From the NCBI RefSeq assembly GCF_006345805.1, contig NC_043004.1, positions 106,082,001 through 106,146,000 of the forward strand: a stretch of DNA of 64,000 nucleotides, written 5' to 3'. Source of the stretch: Octopus sinensis. Its lineage: Eukaryota. Of the stretch, positions 1 to 12,780 are shown piece by piece (positions within the stretch are counted from its first letter, which is position 1; each line of letters starts with the position of its first letter). The position numbers were made by a program, and so were the translations under genes. Below the pieces are notes generated by a model. The model made no database searches. It saw only the letters and a program-made list of their open reading frames with translations, and was not told where the DNA came from.

Positions 1-82
1 GGTTTCCTCTCTGTTTCTGTTGCTCCAATTTCACTAACAAAGTATTGGTCATCCTGAGACTTATAGAAAACAACCAGGCATA

Positions 83-442
83 GGAGTGGCTGTGTGGTAA
101 GTAGCTTTCTCACCAACCACATGGTTCCGGGTTCAGTCCCACAGCGTGGCACTTTGGGCAAGTGTCGTCTAGTATAGCCTTGGGCCGACCAAAGCCTTGT
201 GAGTGGATTTGGTAGATGGAAACTGAAAGAAGCCCGTCGTACATATATATATATGTTTGTGTGTCTGTGTTTGTTCCTCCCGACATCGCTTGACAACTGA
301 TGCTGGTGTATTTAGGTCGGCGAAAAAGACCGATAGAATAAGTACTAGGCTTACAAAGAATAAGTCCTGGGGTCAATTTGCTCGACTAAAGGTGGTGCTC
401 CAGCATGGCCACAGTCAAATGGCTGAAACGAGTAAAAGAGTA
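83..442 (+). mobile_element. Near full-length tRNA-derived SINE, family A (OR-type/CORE-like octopus SINE)
   Basis: Head GGAGTGGCTGTGTGG (A-box-like) and GGTTCAGTCCC (B-box-like), then TTGGGCAAGTG and a 3' end GACTGAAAC..GTAAAAGAGTA. Colinear with copies at 36128 and 43878. Confidence 0.9.
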
Positions 443-565
443 TGCCTGAGATTCTACTGTATCTGAACCTGGAACATTGTGCTTGCATAGGTATAGTTCT
501 TAATCATTCAACCATACTGTACTTTGATGAACAGTATATGGAAGTAGATGTAGGTATATACATGG

Positions 566-790
566 TTGTGTGGAAAGAAGCTTGCTTCCTAGCCACATGA
601 TTCGAGGTTCAGTCTCACTGCATGGCTCCTTGGGCAAGTGTCTTCCAATATGGCCCTGGACTGACCAAAGCCTTGTGAATGGACTTGGTAGGCAGAAACT
701 GAGAGAAACCCATTGTATATATATATGTATATATAAATATATCTATGTGTGTGTGTGTGTGTATGACTTTGTGTCTGTGCTTGTCCCCTC
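566..790 (+). mobile_element. 3'-truncated family A SINE
   Basis: Head and body match 83-442; decays into TA/TG microsatellite. Confidence 0.8.
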
Positions 791-1967
791 TCACTAGTTG
801 ATCACATGATCACAATATACATGTACATATATATACACATACATATATATATACATATATACACATGTACATGCACATATGTGTATAAGTAAGAGAGAAT
901 ATATTGTGTGTGTATATGTGACCAGTTCAATGATAGGTTTGTAAACTTTGGTGACTAAACTTACCTTACTTCATTCATTGTTTGGTGTAAAAGTAAAAAA
1001 AACTAAAATAATAATAAAGAAATCTTGATAATTGTGTGTCTTGGTGACTAATAACAGTCTGTAGTTGATGACCACTGTCCATTTAGTTTAGAAATGACCA
1101 CAGCCTGACTTCATTCAGTGGAAAACACCATCCACAACATTGCCACAAAGAGTGTAAAATGTTATCTGTCTCTCTACTTGCCTACTTGTCTGTCCATAGA
1201 AAAACCCTGCTTCAATAAACTCTCTCCAGACATGCAAGTATAGAAAACTGGACATTAAAAAATAATGATGATGATGGTGGTGGGGTGATGATAATGATGA
1301 AAATCAGATAATTAATTTCTAATGAATTTATACATATGTCTCAGTGAATACAGGCTTTACGTTAGTGAAATATTTCTCACATTTTGTTCCTGACTTTTTG
1401 TCCTTCCATTATCCTGCCATCTGTTCAGTGTCCTATCACAATACAACTTGCTGTGGGATGGTCACTGCTATATCAAAATGACTGCCACAGAATTTCATAA
1501 CTTTGGACAGAAAAATTAGTTTGCCATTCGGATCTACGTTTATATTTACTCAGTGAACTTAATACTGTTGATAAATCTACAACCTTTGGTGTGTGTGTGC
1601 AGTGCACACTTTGGTCATCTGGGTATAAAACCTCTGTTCACAAGGCTTCGGTTGACATAAGGTCATAATAGAAGGCATTTTCTCAAGGTAACTTGTGGTG
1701 ACATTGAACCAGGCCCCTGATGATTACAAAGTGGAATTCTTAAGCATTTGTGCATGCCTGTCTGCAATAAATGTAAATTAACAGGATAAGCACTAATGTG
1801 TATGTGTGTTTGTATGTGTTTGGGGGTCAAGGTAGTGCAACGCTGTGCTGATGGCATTGAGGTAGAAACATGATCACAGCCCTCCTCCCATTTCTTGATC
1901 AAACAGATTATCTTTTCCTTAATAGAATGCTAATTCAGGAGACTGATTGTTGGTTCCTTGAGATTAC

Positions 1968-2018
1968 CTCCTCTTCAAATTCAGAATCAGTTGCAACTTC
2001 CGTTAGGTGTTTGTCTAC
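1968..2018 (-). CDS. Candidate 51-nt coding exon (VDKHLTEVATDSEFEEE), phase 0-0
   Basis: Minus strand: T-rich tract and TAG acceptor, a single open frame, GAG|GTAATC donor. The acceptor TAG is an in-frame stop just upstream. Confidence 0.4.
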
Positions 2019-2600
2019 CTACTCTCAAAGCAAAAATTATTTCAATAAACCAGGCATTTATCTTTAATGGTACTTAGAACACTTCTCTTCATCTTTGTTG
2101 GCCAAATTCCTGGCATTGGAAAATTACTTCTTGGTACTTATCTTTGTCATCTATCTAACTATCTATCTGTCCGTCCGTCCATCCATCCATCCATTCATCC
2201 ATATAGTGTACTGTTATGTGATGGTACAAGATCAACAAAAAAGTACTCCATCTGGTGAGAGATAAAAATTCATTAGTAAACACAGTATACGAGCAACTAA
2301 TAGTTTCATGTGATGAAAAGAGCTGAGATAGCATTTTTTATAACACATTTAGTGCCTTCATGCAATTCTCAGGCTCTGTTTTAAATGTATATATATATAT
2401 ATAACAATCTCTTGTTGCATGGTTGGGTTGTTGATGACTAAAATGGCAACACCACCAAACCTGTTTGTTGAATAAAGTGATTTTTGGACACCCTGTGGAA
2501 TGAAAAACAAGACTCTTCAAAAGGTGGACGAACTCAGGAGAGTCAATGTCCATCCAGTTATGTGATATAATATGTGTGTAAGGGAGTGTTTACGAAAATA

Positions 2601-2685
<85 letters not shown>

Positions 2686-3006
2686 TAGTGAAAGAGACAG
2701 ACAAATATTCAAAGAATGCATAATTTAAAGTACAATGTACAGATTAGAAAGTTAATCACTACTAAATCATTCTTTTCTTTCTATTTTTTATTTCACATTC
2801 TACTTCACCGACTATAATAAAGTATTTGACAAGCTCAAATTGAAGGCTAAGTCTCCAAAGCTATGTATGTAAGTATGTATGTAGGTATGTACGGAATATA
2901 CAGAGTGAAAGAAAACGGAAATACAGGTGTACAATGACTTAGTTTTACAGTTCACGAACTGTATACAACATACATAACAACAGTTTTGTATAAACAGATA
3001 TCACAT

Positions 3007-3390
3007 GCATGGCTGCGTGGTTAAGAAGTTTGCTTTACAAACACATAGTTTTGAGTTCGGACCTACTTTGTAGCAACTTGTGCGACTATAACCCTGGTGC
3101 CACCAAAGCTTTGTGAGTATATTAGATAGATGGAAACTGAAGAAAGCACCACCCTTATCTCTCTCTCTCTCCACACACACACATGCATGTTTGTGTGTAC
3201 CCTTGCCTTGACATGATGTATGGTTGTAAATGAGCATCATCGTCATACAAGCGAAAAACATTACCTTGGGAAACAGGTAAGAGTTGGTGACTGGAAGGGC
3301 ATCCAGCCGTAGAAAATGTGCTTCAATAAATTCCGTCTGACCCATGCAGTCTTGGAAAAGTAGGCGTTAAAAGATGATGATGATGTTGAT
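3007..3390 (+). mobile_element. Diverged SINE with family A-like head and RTE-type (GAT)n tail
   Basis: GCATGGCTGCGTGGTTAAG head; GGAAGGGCATCCAGC..ACCCATGCA..GATGATGAT tail. Confidence 0.8.
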
Positions 3391-3859
3391 GATTTATATA
3401 ATATATATATACACTGTCGGACAAGTTACGTTATACCCTTTTTATGTTTGAGCTCAAATCTTGCTCGTATCAATTTTGTCTTTCATTCTGAGTACCAAGG
3501 CTAAAATCCCTCGAAGCTGATGTCCCGGGATCGCACACAAGTCCGATAAACGAAATCAATGAATCAAAACAAAGAGAAAAAAATAAAGGACACCTCTATT
3601 ATTCCCTCAACCCCGAAGTTTTGTGGATTTCATAGAACAGATCACGTTCTAGAACAGGAGCTTAGAATGGTAGCTGTCAAAAGAAAAAAAAAAAGTGCAG
3701 TCCAAGTGCGTGAGGTAAAAAGACAACAGGGGGGGAGGAAGGAGTGGATATAGAGAGAAATAGACACACACGTGTACTCAGGTAGTCTTAGTGTGTAGAG
3801 AAAAGACTGAGGTAGGTCTTAAAATACTGCGTCTTTTGTCTCCCTACGTCCACCTTCAC

Positions 3860-3894
3860 CTGATTTTCTCGGTTGGAGCCCATTCTTTGCTTAA
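3860..3894 (-). CDS. Candidate short exon (xKQRMGSNRENQ)
   Basis: CATCAG| acceptor, CAG|GTGAAG donor, open frame containing an ATG at 3883. Confidence 0.25.
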
Positions 3895-4367
3895 CTGATG
3901 GGATTTCTCCGCACGTAGGCACGTAAACATACACAAACACACACACACCATATATATATATATATAAACTGGGTCACTTTACATGTATAGTCCTTTCCAC
4001 TACAACACACTCGTCGAGCTATCATGTTGTTTGTTTATAACTCCCTTCCCTCCCCCCTGACGTGAATGAAACCTGCCGACCCCAGGGATCGACCAAGTTG
4101 GCTGGGAATTCACTTGTAATAAATGCATATACACGCACGTACACACACTCACTGAGTTTCTGTGTATGTGATTGTATAAGTATGTATATATATATTAGTC
4201 AACACTGACACTGTGTTTAATTGACATATACATACTTAAATGTAAGTATAGTTTAACGATACAGCGATTTATAAATAAACTTAAGCACAGAAACTATATA
4301 CACTTAAACTCTACCACCACCACCATCAACCGACTAGACCCTCACCAGTCCAGTACTACAGCCTCAC

Positions 4368-4478
4368 CAGCAACACCAGCGAAGCAATCACATTGACGAT
4401 CACACTTTGTGCAACCACTCCGACTGCTACCAGGACCGACCAAGTCATTATTGTTTCCTCGCCTCACTAATAAACAAT
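4368..4478 (-). CDS. Candidate exon: either ATG-initiated MTWSVLVAVGVVAQSVIVNVIASLVLL or Cys-rich frame ..GCTKCDRQCDCFAGVA
   Basis: Long polypyrimidine tract ending TAG at 4479-4480 and CTG|GTGAGG donor at 4367/4368. ATG at 4448 has A at -3 and upstream in-frame stops. Locally CpG-rich. Confidence 0.4.
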
Positions 4479-5820
4479 CTATACGGAGGGAGAAAAAAAA
4501 AAAGAATTAAAGAGACAAACTCCCGTCTTCGGCCAACATAACATGGAACGGATAACTATTACGGAAACTTTGATTTACTAAGTCTCATAATCTATGCCTA
4601 CACAGGTGTACTGGTGTCCTTATAGGTAAATAGATTTATTTTAATGAAGACAGCAAACTTCTCACTGGGGTATGTTATATTTTAATTTCTTTTACGTCAT
4701 TATATCATATAACGTACGTTTTATTTTTCTAAATTTTAATTTGTTGTGATCATAGTTTAATTACCTTAACTATATACTTAACGGGCTTTATATATAATAT
4801 ATATGTGAAATATTGAGTGTATGCTATCAAAGTATTACAGTTGTTACTTATGTCCTTGAAGAAAGGCATAAACATCATAAACTCATGGTCCCCGTTCTTC
4901 ACAGTTTCTATAAATATCATGTTCATTTAATAAAACATTATTTTCTATATCAGTAAATAAGTTAAAAATGAATTGACATGGAATATTCGCCAGCGTGTAA
5001 TAGTGGGGCTGTTGATGAAATGTAGGTATTGAATACCCGTGTTTATTACAGTTGAAAAATATGATAGAATAACACAAATATCCTGGGCATAGCTACTGAG
5101 AAAATAGTCATCAGATACCTGGATGTAGGTGTTCTAATGGGAAAATTAACACTAAACAGCTACCTTTGACTATGCAAGTGAGAAAATTAACCGCAAATAG
5201 CCACTGTAGTGTCTTACCTGTATGTAGCAAACATGTGTTAACCACACACACGTATATATAAAAATATATATTTATATATATGTATGTATATGTATGTATA
5301 TGTATGTGTGTGTGTGAGAGAGAGGGGGGAAATTGATTTTATATTGGGAGTTATTTGGTTCACTCCAGACTCACTCTCTCGGCCTCTATAAGCGAAATAT
5401 TTCGTTACTAAACTCTCATGCTATGTTAGTATTGTTTATATCGTTATCAGTGTACTTATATATATATATATATAAGTATTGAGCATCTCTAGATTTCACC
5501 TGTTGAATGTGTGTGTGTGTGTGTGTGTATAGTTTCAGTGTTTTGTGGTCTATAAATTTTAATGTGTACATTTTGTCATATATGGTGTTTGTATGAAAAA
5601 GGAAAAGAAAAGGAAAAGTCTCCCGGTTCATGTAAACCAGTGTTTTAACTGTAACCTCTGTTGTGTTATGCTAACGAGAAGATCCTTCTGGATAAGACTC
5701 TAACATAGCACAGTAAGCATTTCATCAGAAGATCTGATAACATTTTCGGAGAGCTAAACCGAAGTTGTAGAATCCATGTGTCATATAATGACAAATCATG
5801 TACTAGAAGCTCCATATTTC

Positions 5821-6010
5821 AGAAACTTTAGCACGCCGGGCGAAATAGCGGTATTTCGTCTGTGTTTACATTCTGAGTTCAAATTCTGCTGAGGTCGACT
5901 TTGCCTTTCATCCTTTCGAGGACGATAAATTACCAGTTGCTTACTGGTGTCGATCTATTCGACTGGCCCCCTCTCCTAAAATTTCGGGCCTTGTGCCTAG
6001 AGTAGAAAAA
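5821..6010 (+). mobile_element. Family B SINE (GAGCTGGCAGAA..GAGTTCAAATTC head), partial
   Basis: Colinear with 18676-18907. Confidence 0.85.
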
Positions 6011-7599
6011 ATTCATGTCCATTACTAAGAGAGTGCACTGGACACCATCAGATTTAGAAAATACAGTTTGCAAAAATCTTCCCGCAATACAAATTAGTGG
6101 CCACCCTGTATATTCTGAAGCACACCCGGGCACTGAAGTCTGGCGACAGGCTTGCATGCATTCTGTTTCATATTTTAAACGTTAAATTCCCACCATGCCT
6201 TTTTATTGTTTAGCCCTAACTTCTAATAGAACAAACATATGATTATGAGCAAACTCATTCTAATTATAATTATCCTGTTTGTGTGTGTGTGTGGGGGGGG
6301 GACTTTATCTAGGAATATGTTATTCATAGTCGGGTGTGATGCGATACGAGGAAGATTTAGCTAGACCCATTATTAACAAATACAACCTCCGCTCGATCTA
6401 AGAAGGGATCGAACTATCGCTGTGCGGTGTTTCATTTAACCTGTTTGTCATAATAGGTGTACTCTAATTACAATACCTCCACGCTGATAGATACAAAGGG
6501 GGTGGAAAAAATAAATAAAAACCTTTAATTAAGGCTAGTTGTTGCAAAGAAGGTAAATAACAACAGGACTCGATGATTCAAAAGTCGATAGAGCAGCTGT
6601 ATTGATAACGATTTCTTATATTGCCATAATATATAGGACTGGTATTTAATTTATTGAACTCCACCCAACAATAATAAAATGCGGTTAAGAAACTCGCTTT
6701 GCAATCACGCGGTTTCGCGTTCAGTCCTTCTGAGCGGAATTTTGGGCACGTGTCTTCAACCATAGCATAAGGTCGACGAATACATTGCGAATGAATTTAT
6801 AGAGAGAGATACTGCGAGGAAACCCATCATGTGTGTGCGTGTGTGTCTTTCTACGCGGAATCGAACACGGGACTGCATGGTTCCGAAGCGAACTTCGTAA
6901 CAACATAGCAGTGTTTGTGTACGTGTGTGTCTGTGTGTAAATCTATATTTATTGAATAACATTTCGTGAACCACTTAACTGATACTCGGAGTTTCACGCA
7001 TGTAAAGTATAAGTATCATTGATATTTGGCGAATGACAGTGGTATGTCTACAGAGCACCAGAAAGCCCAATACTTATTAGTCAAAGCGCTTCACGCGGTC
7101 GAAAATGTTGCTGGCTGGAATTGGCTGAGCTGATGTATAATGTAAGAGACGCCTTCAGTTGTGAGATATCGCTGGTTACTTCAGTATCTGGTACTTCGTT
7201 TTACAAAGCTTTACAGTTTGTTTAATACAGAATTTCCAAATATTAGGCTTTGTCTTGGAAGTTCCGCTGATATTGTTGAACCGTAGGCCCGAGGTATTGC
7301 CCAGCTGTCAGTATCAGAGGAGGTTTCTCCTAGACAACCAACACTAATTTATAGCCACTGGATTCGGCAAGTTACGCGGATTAGCTGTTGTTGACGCCCT
7401 CAAACACGAACTCGGTATCGTCTCTTACATCACAACAATGAAGTCATTTCGGGATGCAACATTTTCGACCACGCGAATCACTTAACCAAAGGTAAAACTT
7501 GTGCATTTGTGAAACTCCGAGTAACAATGGAGCGAATTCCTATCACCTGTGCGTGCGTGTAAATTTACACAGAGATCAAGCTTTGACCGCTAAATACAC

Positions 7600-7790
7600 A
7601 AGTTTTTAAAATATTTTTATTCGCTCTCCGTTTATTTTTCTTATTCCTTTCTGTTGAAGAGCGTAGGCTCGAAACTTAAGACTTTCTCACTTTCCTGGGC
7701 GTCAAACTAATACACCTGTTTGTTGTTCATACACCTGTCCTCGTCTTTTGTTTTTCTGTAAATTTCAACTGATATATATGACAGAAATAA
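7600..7790 (+). mobile_element. Penelope-like element terminal (pLTR-type) fragment
   Basis: CTGTTGAAGAGCGTAGGCTCGAAAC motif followed by a T-rich tail and (TA)n. This arrangement is typical of Penelope-like termini (family recognition, no search run). Confidence 0.55.
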
Positions 7791-7934
7791 ATATACTGCA
7801 AGACTCCCTGTCTTCCTCTCTGAGTGGTGTATATATATATATATATACATAACGCTCATTGTGATTATATATCTATCTATTTGTAGATAGATAGAACAAA
7901 ACAGGCTGATAACATTGGTTTCAAATTTTGGCAC

Positions 7935-8130
7935 AGGGCCAGCAACTTCAGGAGAGTGGGTAAAGCGATTACATCGACTCCAGTGCTCAACTGGTAATTT
8001 ATTTTACCCGCTTCGAAAGGATGAAAGGTAAAGTTTACTTCAGTGGAATTTGAACTCAGAATGTTAAGTTGGAAGAAATGTCGCAAAGCATTTCGTCCGG
8101 CGTGCTAACGATTCTGCCAGCTCACTGCCT
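7935..8130 (-). mobile_element. Family B SINE, older subfamily
   Basis: Reverse complement of the family B head and body. Confidence 0.85.
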
Positions 8131-9202
8131 TAAAACTGACAGATAGTGTTAGGAACAACGTAATAACAAATACACTGAACATGGTTAGGATGATGTAATT
8201 TTAATGACAATATACATAAGATAATAAACATTGATGATGATGATGGCAAAAAGCGGCTTCTACTGTACAATGGATATACAAGTAATCACTGCTATTAATA
8301 TTAAAATCTCTCATTGGCATACATCAGGCTTCGATTTTCTAAGAGGAGTATAACAACAATAATAATAATAATAATAATAATTAACAAAAACAACAACAGT
8401 AAATTGTCCACACTTCTTCGTATCGACTCTCGATCATACATTTCCATGTTCACTGTGAACGGAACTGCAAAACTATAATTACTCGGTCGAGTTCAACTCC
8501 GTAACTCTTCATTTTGCTGGTTCAGTATTTATGCCATTGTATACAAACTATTTATTTCTATACATCTACCACTTAGTCTATCAGAGCGGAAGACAGGAAG
8601 TCTTGCAATATATTTATTTCTGTTTTAAAAAAGCTCCTCAATAAATACAGTGTTTCGTTGGCCGCAGGGGGAGAGTCTCGCAGTACGTGTGACATTGTCA
8701 AGTCTTAACATGTGTCACCTACGTTTAGTCCTATCCCCTCACCTTACCAGCGATAGCAGGGATGTCTGTCTATATATCTGTGTCTTTAGATGTTTGGGTT
8801 TACTAACATTTGAAAAAATACTCATTACTTTATATATTCTAGTAATTCTCACAATTCCTTCTAATTTCTCTCACCCTCTCTCGCCACATACACACACTCA
8901 CTCACTTACACCTGTCTATCTGATCATTCTGTAAATATAAATAAATTAATATGAAACGTATGGTAATAATCGTCTAAGATTTTTATTGGAACTATTTCGT
9001 TTAGTGAAACTAGTTACAAATCTACGTTTGCCCCTATCCTCGAAACCACAACTTGACGCACACAGACTCACACTCACTCACACAGATTTGTAGGACATTC
9101 TCAGTGTGTAGGTAATTTTTCCACCTGTTTCAAAGTACTTCTTTTAATAGCTGCAATATTAAAGCTTACGTTATTGCGGATCATGCGGTACCGTATTACC
9201 TG

Positions 9203-9370
9203 CCGTATTTGATGGCATATTACACGCACCTCAATTTCAGCAGCACATTATTCAGGAAATGAAGTTGTAATAGCAATAAAGCATGGTAATGCAAGACCCT
9301 GGCGTGATTTTTTTTTATTTTTGAAACATTCCTTAGAAAAAAAGTGCGTCTTATATGCCATCGAATACAG
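9203..9370. mobile_element. pogo/Tigger-like (Tc1/mariner) MITE
   Basis: 27-bp TIRs: CCGTATTTGATGGCATATTACACGCAC versus reverse complement CTGTATTCGATGGCATATAAGACGCAC (23/27 by hand). TA TSD degenerate. Confidence 0.75.
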
Positions 9371-9553
9371 TTGTCTAGTTTTAAATATCTACTGTCTATT
9401 TTCAAAACGTAAAATGGTTTCTGTGGAACGTGTGTGTGTGTGTGGCTTTCTTTTCACATCTTCATAACTGAAATATTTGTCATTCGTTTTGGTTACATTT
9501 CAAATTCCAAACACTTGATTGACAATTTGGCCTTAGTTTCATTGTTGAAATGA

Positions 9554-9596
<43 letters not shown>

Positions 9597-10084
9597 TTTC
9601 TCAAAATGTTTACTGTTTGCAGGCAAGAAAGAAAAAAAAAAGTAAATATTTCTAATAATGTTCTGATGTTGATTGATTGGTGTAAAGCACAGCTGCCAAC
9701 TCCGTTAATTATTCACATTGCACGAATGTAATAGAGAAACCAATGATAAAAAATTCATGCTGTCCACTGCAGTCAGTGAATGACCTTTGACCCGACTGAA
9801 TAACCATTGAATTAAGTAATTCCAGGGTATTTGTTTGTTATATTTATATCAATTGATTGTATATCGATTTTCATAGGTCCAGTATTTATTTATTTTAATT
9901 AAATCTTTGTTCATCATTTTGGTTCAGGTATTTCAGAATCGCTGATTGTGAATTGCCGAAAATATATATAAAAAAATAAAGATAAAAATAAGTAAACAAT
10001 CAAAAGGAAATCTAATTTGTAAAGGGTATTGTTGATCGATACCCAGGTTGTTGACGGGTATTGAGGATTTGATTAAGATGAAGT

Positions 10085-10560
10085 GTAGTAGATTTACCTG
10101 AGCAGTAGAGAGTAATTGATGTACACAAACAATTAAGAAGGTATAACTAACGTACCTAAATAACAGAGGGGAATTGACTGAAAGTATCCTAGAAATAGAG
10201 GGTGTAAGCAATAGAGAATGCTATAAATGATCTACCCAGGAAATAGGGAGAGTGTAATTGATCTACCCAAGCAAGGGAGAAATTTAACTGAACGACCCAC
10301 GCAGTAGGGAGAATGTTGCTGACTAACAATTGGAGAGCTAGGATTAGAGCGATGGTGGTAGTCCGCCCCGGGTGACGCAAGAGACACTCTCAGGGGCTAT
10401 CTCGGGTAACACACATTCTAACTTCGCTACTTTGTACTCAAGTCAAATAGTGAGTGTAACTGATCTACCCAGAAGTAAACACCATGTAGTTAATTTACTC
10501 AAGCTGTAATGTAATTCACTCAAGCAATAAGGAAGGGGTATTTAATTAGCCAAAAGCACA
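10085..10560. repeat. Degenerate ~30-bp minisatellite (core GATCTACCCA..AGGGAGA)
   Basis: Core variants at 10091, 10118, 10149, 10229, 10260, 10290 and 10462. Confidence 0.7.
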
Positions 10561-10735
10561 TTGGTTGTATGCTTAAATCTACCCTTATTGTGGAGAAGGA
10601 GTAATTTAGGTCGACTGTCATGGCAAACCGAAATAATTGGTCTATTGTAGGATGTTGGAGTAACTTTCCTCTGTGGTCACAAGTGCCATATGAAGTCTTG
10701 AACCAGGTACTGAAATATATCAGAACACTTGTTAT

Positions 10736-10941
10736 CCCTTTCGTTACCAACCCGGCCGAAACAGGCTCTGGCTCTGAGTTCAGATGTCTTATTTTCGTGT
10801 TTTGAATTAAAATCTTCCACCAAACCTTAGTCACAAAAACTAGCTGAATGATAACTAAGTTATTTTACTAAATTCTTTGTTATATTTAAAGTAATTGAAA
10901 GAAATCTAGAATATCTCAAAATAAATACAGTAACGAAAGGG
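10736..10941. mobile_element. piggyBac-like MITE
   Basis: Perfect 12-bp TIR CCCTTTCGTTAC/GTAACGAAAGGG; flanks TTAT and TTAC are one-mismatch TTAA. Confidence 0.75.
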
Positions 10942-11140
10942 TTACATATATTGTCCTCCTGATTGTTAAAGGTGTACCTATTTTCACTTATGTGGAATGA
11001 ATTAGCTATAGCTTAAAATATTTTGAAACATTAAAGGAAGCACCTTCCGAGCCATCGACTTCGTCATCCTGTCAACACTAACAGCTTTGTCAGTATGATG
11101 TCTACAGCAATGTCTTTTACACGTGTAAGTCATTGTACAT

Positions 11141-11462
11141 AGGCCATGCTGGGGTATCGCCGGGGGGGGGGGCGGTTAGTCAAACAAATCGACGCCTGTA
11201 CTTATTTTCTAAAAGTCCATCTCTTGCCGAACTGCTAATATACGGGAACGCAAACAAACCAGCGCAGGTTGTCAAACGGCAATGAGGGATAAACACAGCC
11301 GCACAAGTATATACATATGTGACGGCATTCCTCACAGTTTCCGCGTGTCAGATTCACTCACGCGGCATTAGTCGGTCCGTGGCTACAGAAGAAGTTGATA
11401 CATGTCCAAGTTACCGTGCAGTGGGACTGAACCCTAAACCACTTCTTAACCTCACAGCCATG
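11141..11462 (-). mobile_element. Diverged family A SINE
   Basis: Reverse-complement match to the family A tail, body and head. Confidence 0.75.
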
Positions 11463-11677
11463 CCTGAAAAAATTACGGTGATATTTGGTAGGCAACACAG
11501 TGGAATCGAAACCGGGATCTCATAATTGCGAAGCGAACTTCTTAATCACTCGTCCATGCTGCGCCTCCTGTGTATATAGTTAAAAAAAAAAAAAAGAATT
11601 TCGTTGAAACGATTTTCCCCATGTGGTGTGTTGCTTTATATATATATATTATTTGTATAGATCTCTAATCTTTTTTC

Positions 11678-11720
<43 letters not shown>

Positions 11721-12028
11721 CACACACACACACACATAGATTTCAACAGCAACAAGTACACTTTTAAGTGTCTGGCTCCAGTTCTTGGTCAGTATAGAAT
11801 TTCTTCTATCAATAAATCACACTACAAAGGTGGGAGTGTTCATCTGATAGCCACGGATGGGATGTAACAGCTATAGATCATAACAGTGAAACAGATATAA
11901 CTGGAAGTATACAGCTGGATAGATTATTGTCTTTCTGTCTATATACGTAGCACGTGTGTATATAATTGTATACGTATGTTTTTATGTAACTGTGTTATTG
12001 GGGGGGGGGGCTATGAATGTATTATCTC

Positions 12029-12251
12029 TGTAATGTGTGTACGCATGTATCTAGCTAATTGTACTTGTGTGCCTACCTGTATTATATGTTTTTATAGATG
12101 TGTTGAGTAACCAGTGAGTGGGGGAACGCTCACGTTGGTGTCCTAGGCTTCTGGGTTGCGTGATATCTCGAGGAAGTGCCTTCTCCAATAAAACTCTTCG
12201 AGTTGGCTGTACTACCTATAATAGCCATACTGATTCTACCCGAATATTACA
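12029..12251 (+). mobile_element. Possible solo LTR
   Basis: TGTAAT...ATTACA inverted termini and AATAAA at 12187. No clean TSD. Confidence 0.3.
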
Positions 12252-12780
12252 TTAAAATTTAAGTGTTGAATGCTCAGTCACACTATAGTACAACCACTGG
12301 GTAGTTTCATTCGTAGAGGGTTATAAAAATGCAGTCCATGTTAAACAAAAGCACAGGACGTTTAACAACAGTTTTATTTACACACTTTATTGGTAGATGA
12401 ATCATTATGATGGTGACAAACTATAACAGTCATCAAAAATAATACATATTATATAGTTTCGATTTCAACTTTGAGAAAACATGTAGAAACGATGTTAGAA
12501 ATAGCTGTTTGTTGATTGGTTAAAATTGCCCAAATTTCCCAACTTTCAATTCCAAATAACATCAGATTCTTTAATTTACGAGATAAAGTAATTGGTTGAT
12601 CGTAATCAAAATTCAGAGTTGCATTATTGATACACCAAAATTGAAAGCAATCTGAGCAAAATTAAATTGGGTTCATTTTGCGAATGAGACCAACTAGATT
12701 CATAAAACAAATGTCATCGAGATGGAAATGAACAAAGTGTCTTATAAGTTTCTTCTTTAGTTAGACTTTTGTTGCGCGCA

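Noticed and set aside
83-160. tRNA-like A/B boxes in SINE heads
   Set aside because: No cloverleaf; they continue into SINE bodies, so they are not tRNA genes.
4368-4420. Resemblance of GCTKCDRQCDCFAG to a collagen IV N-terminus
   Set aside because: No Gly-X-Y sequence follows in any candidate exon.
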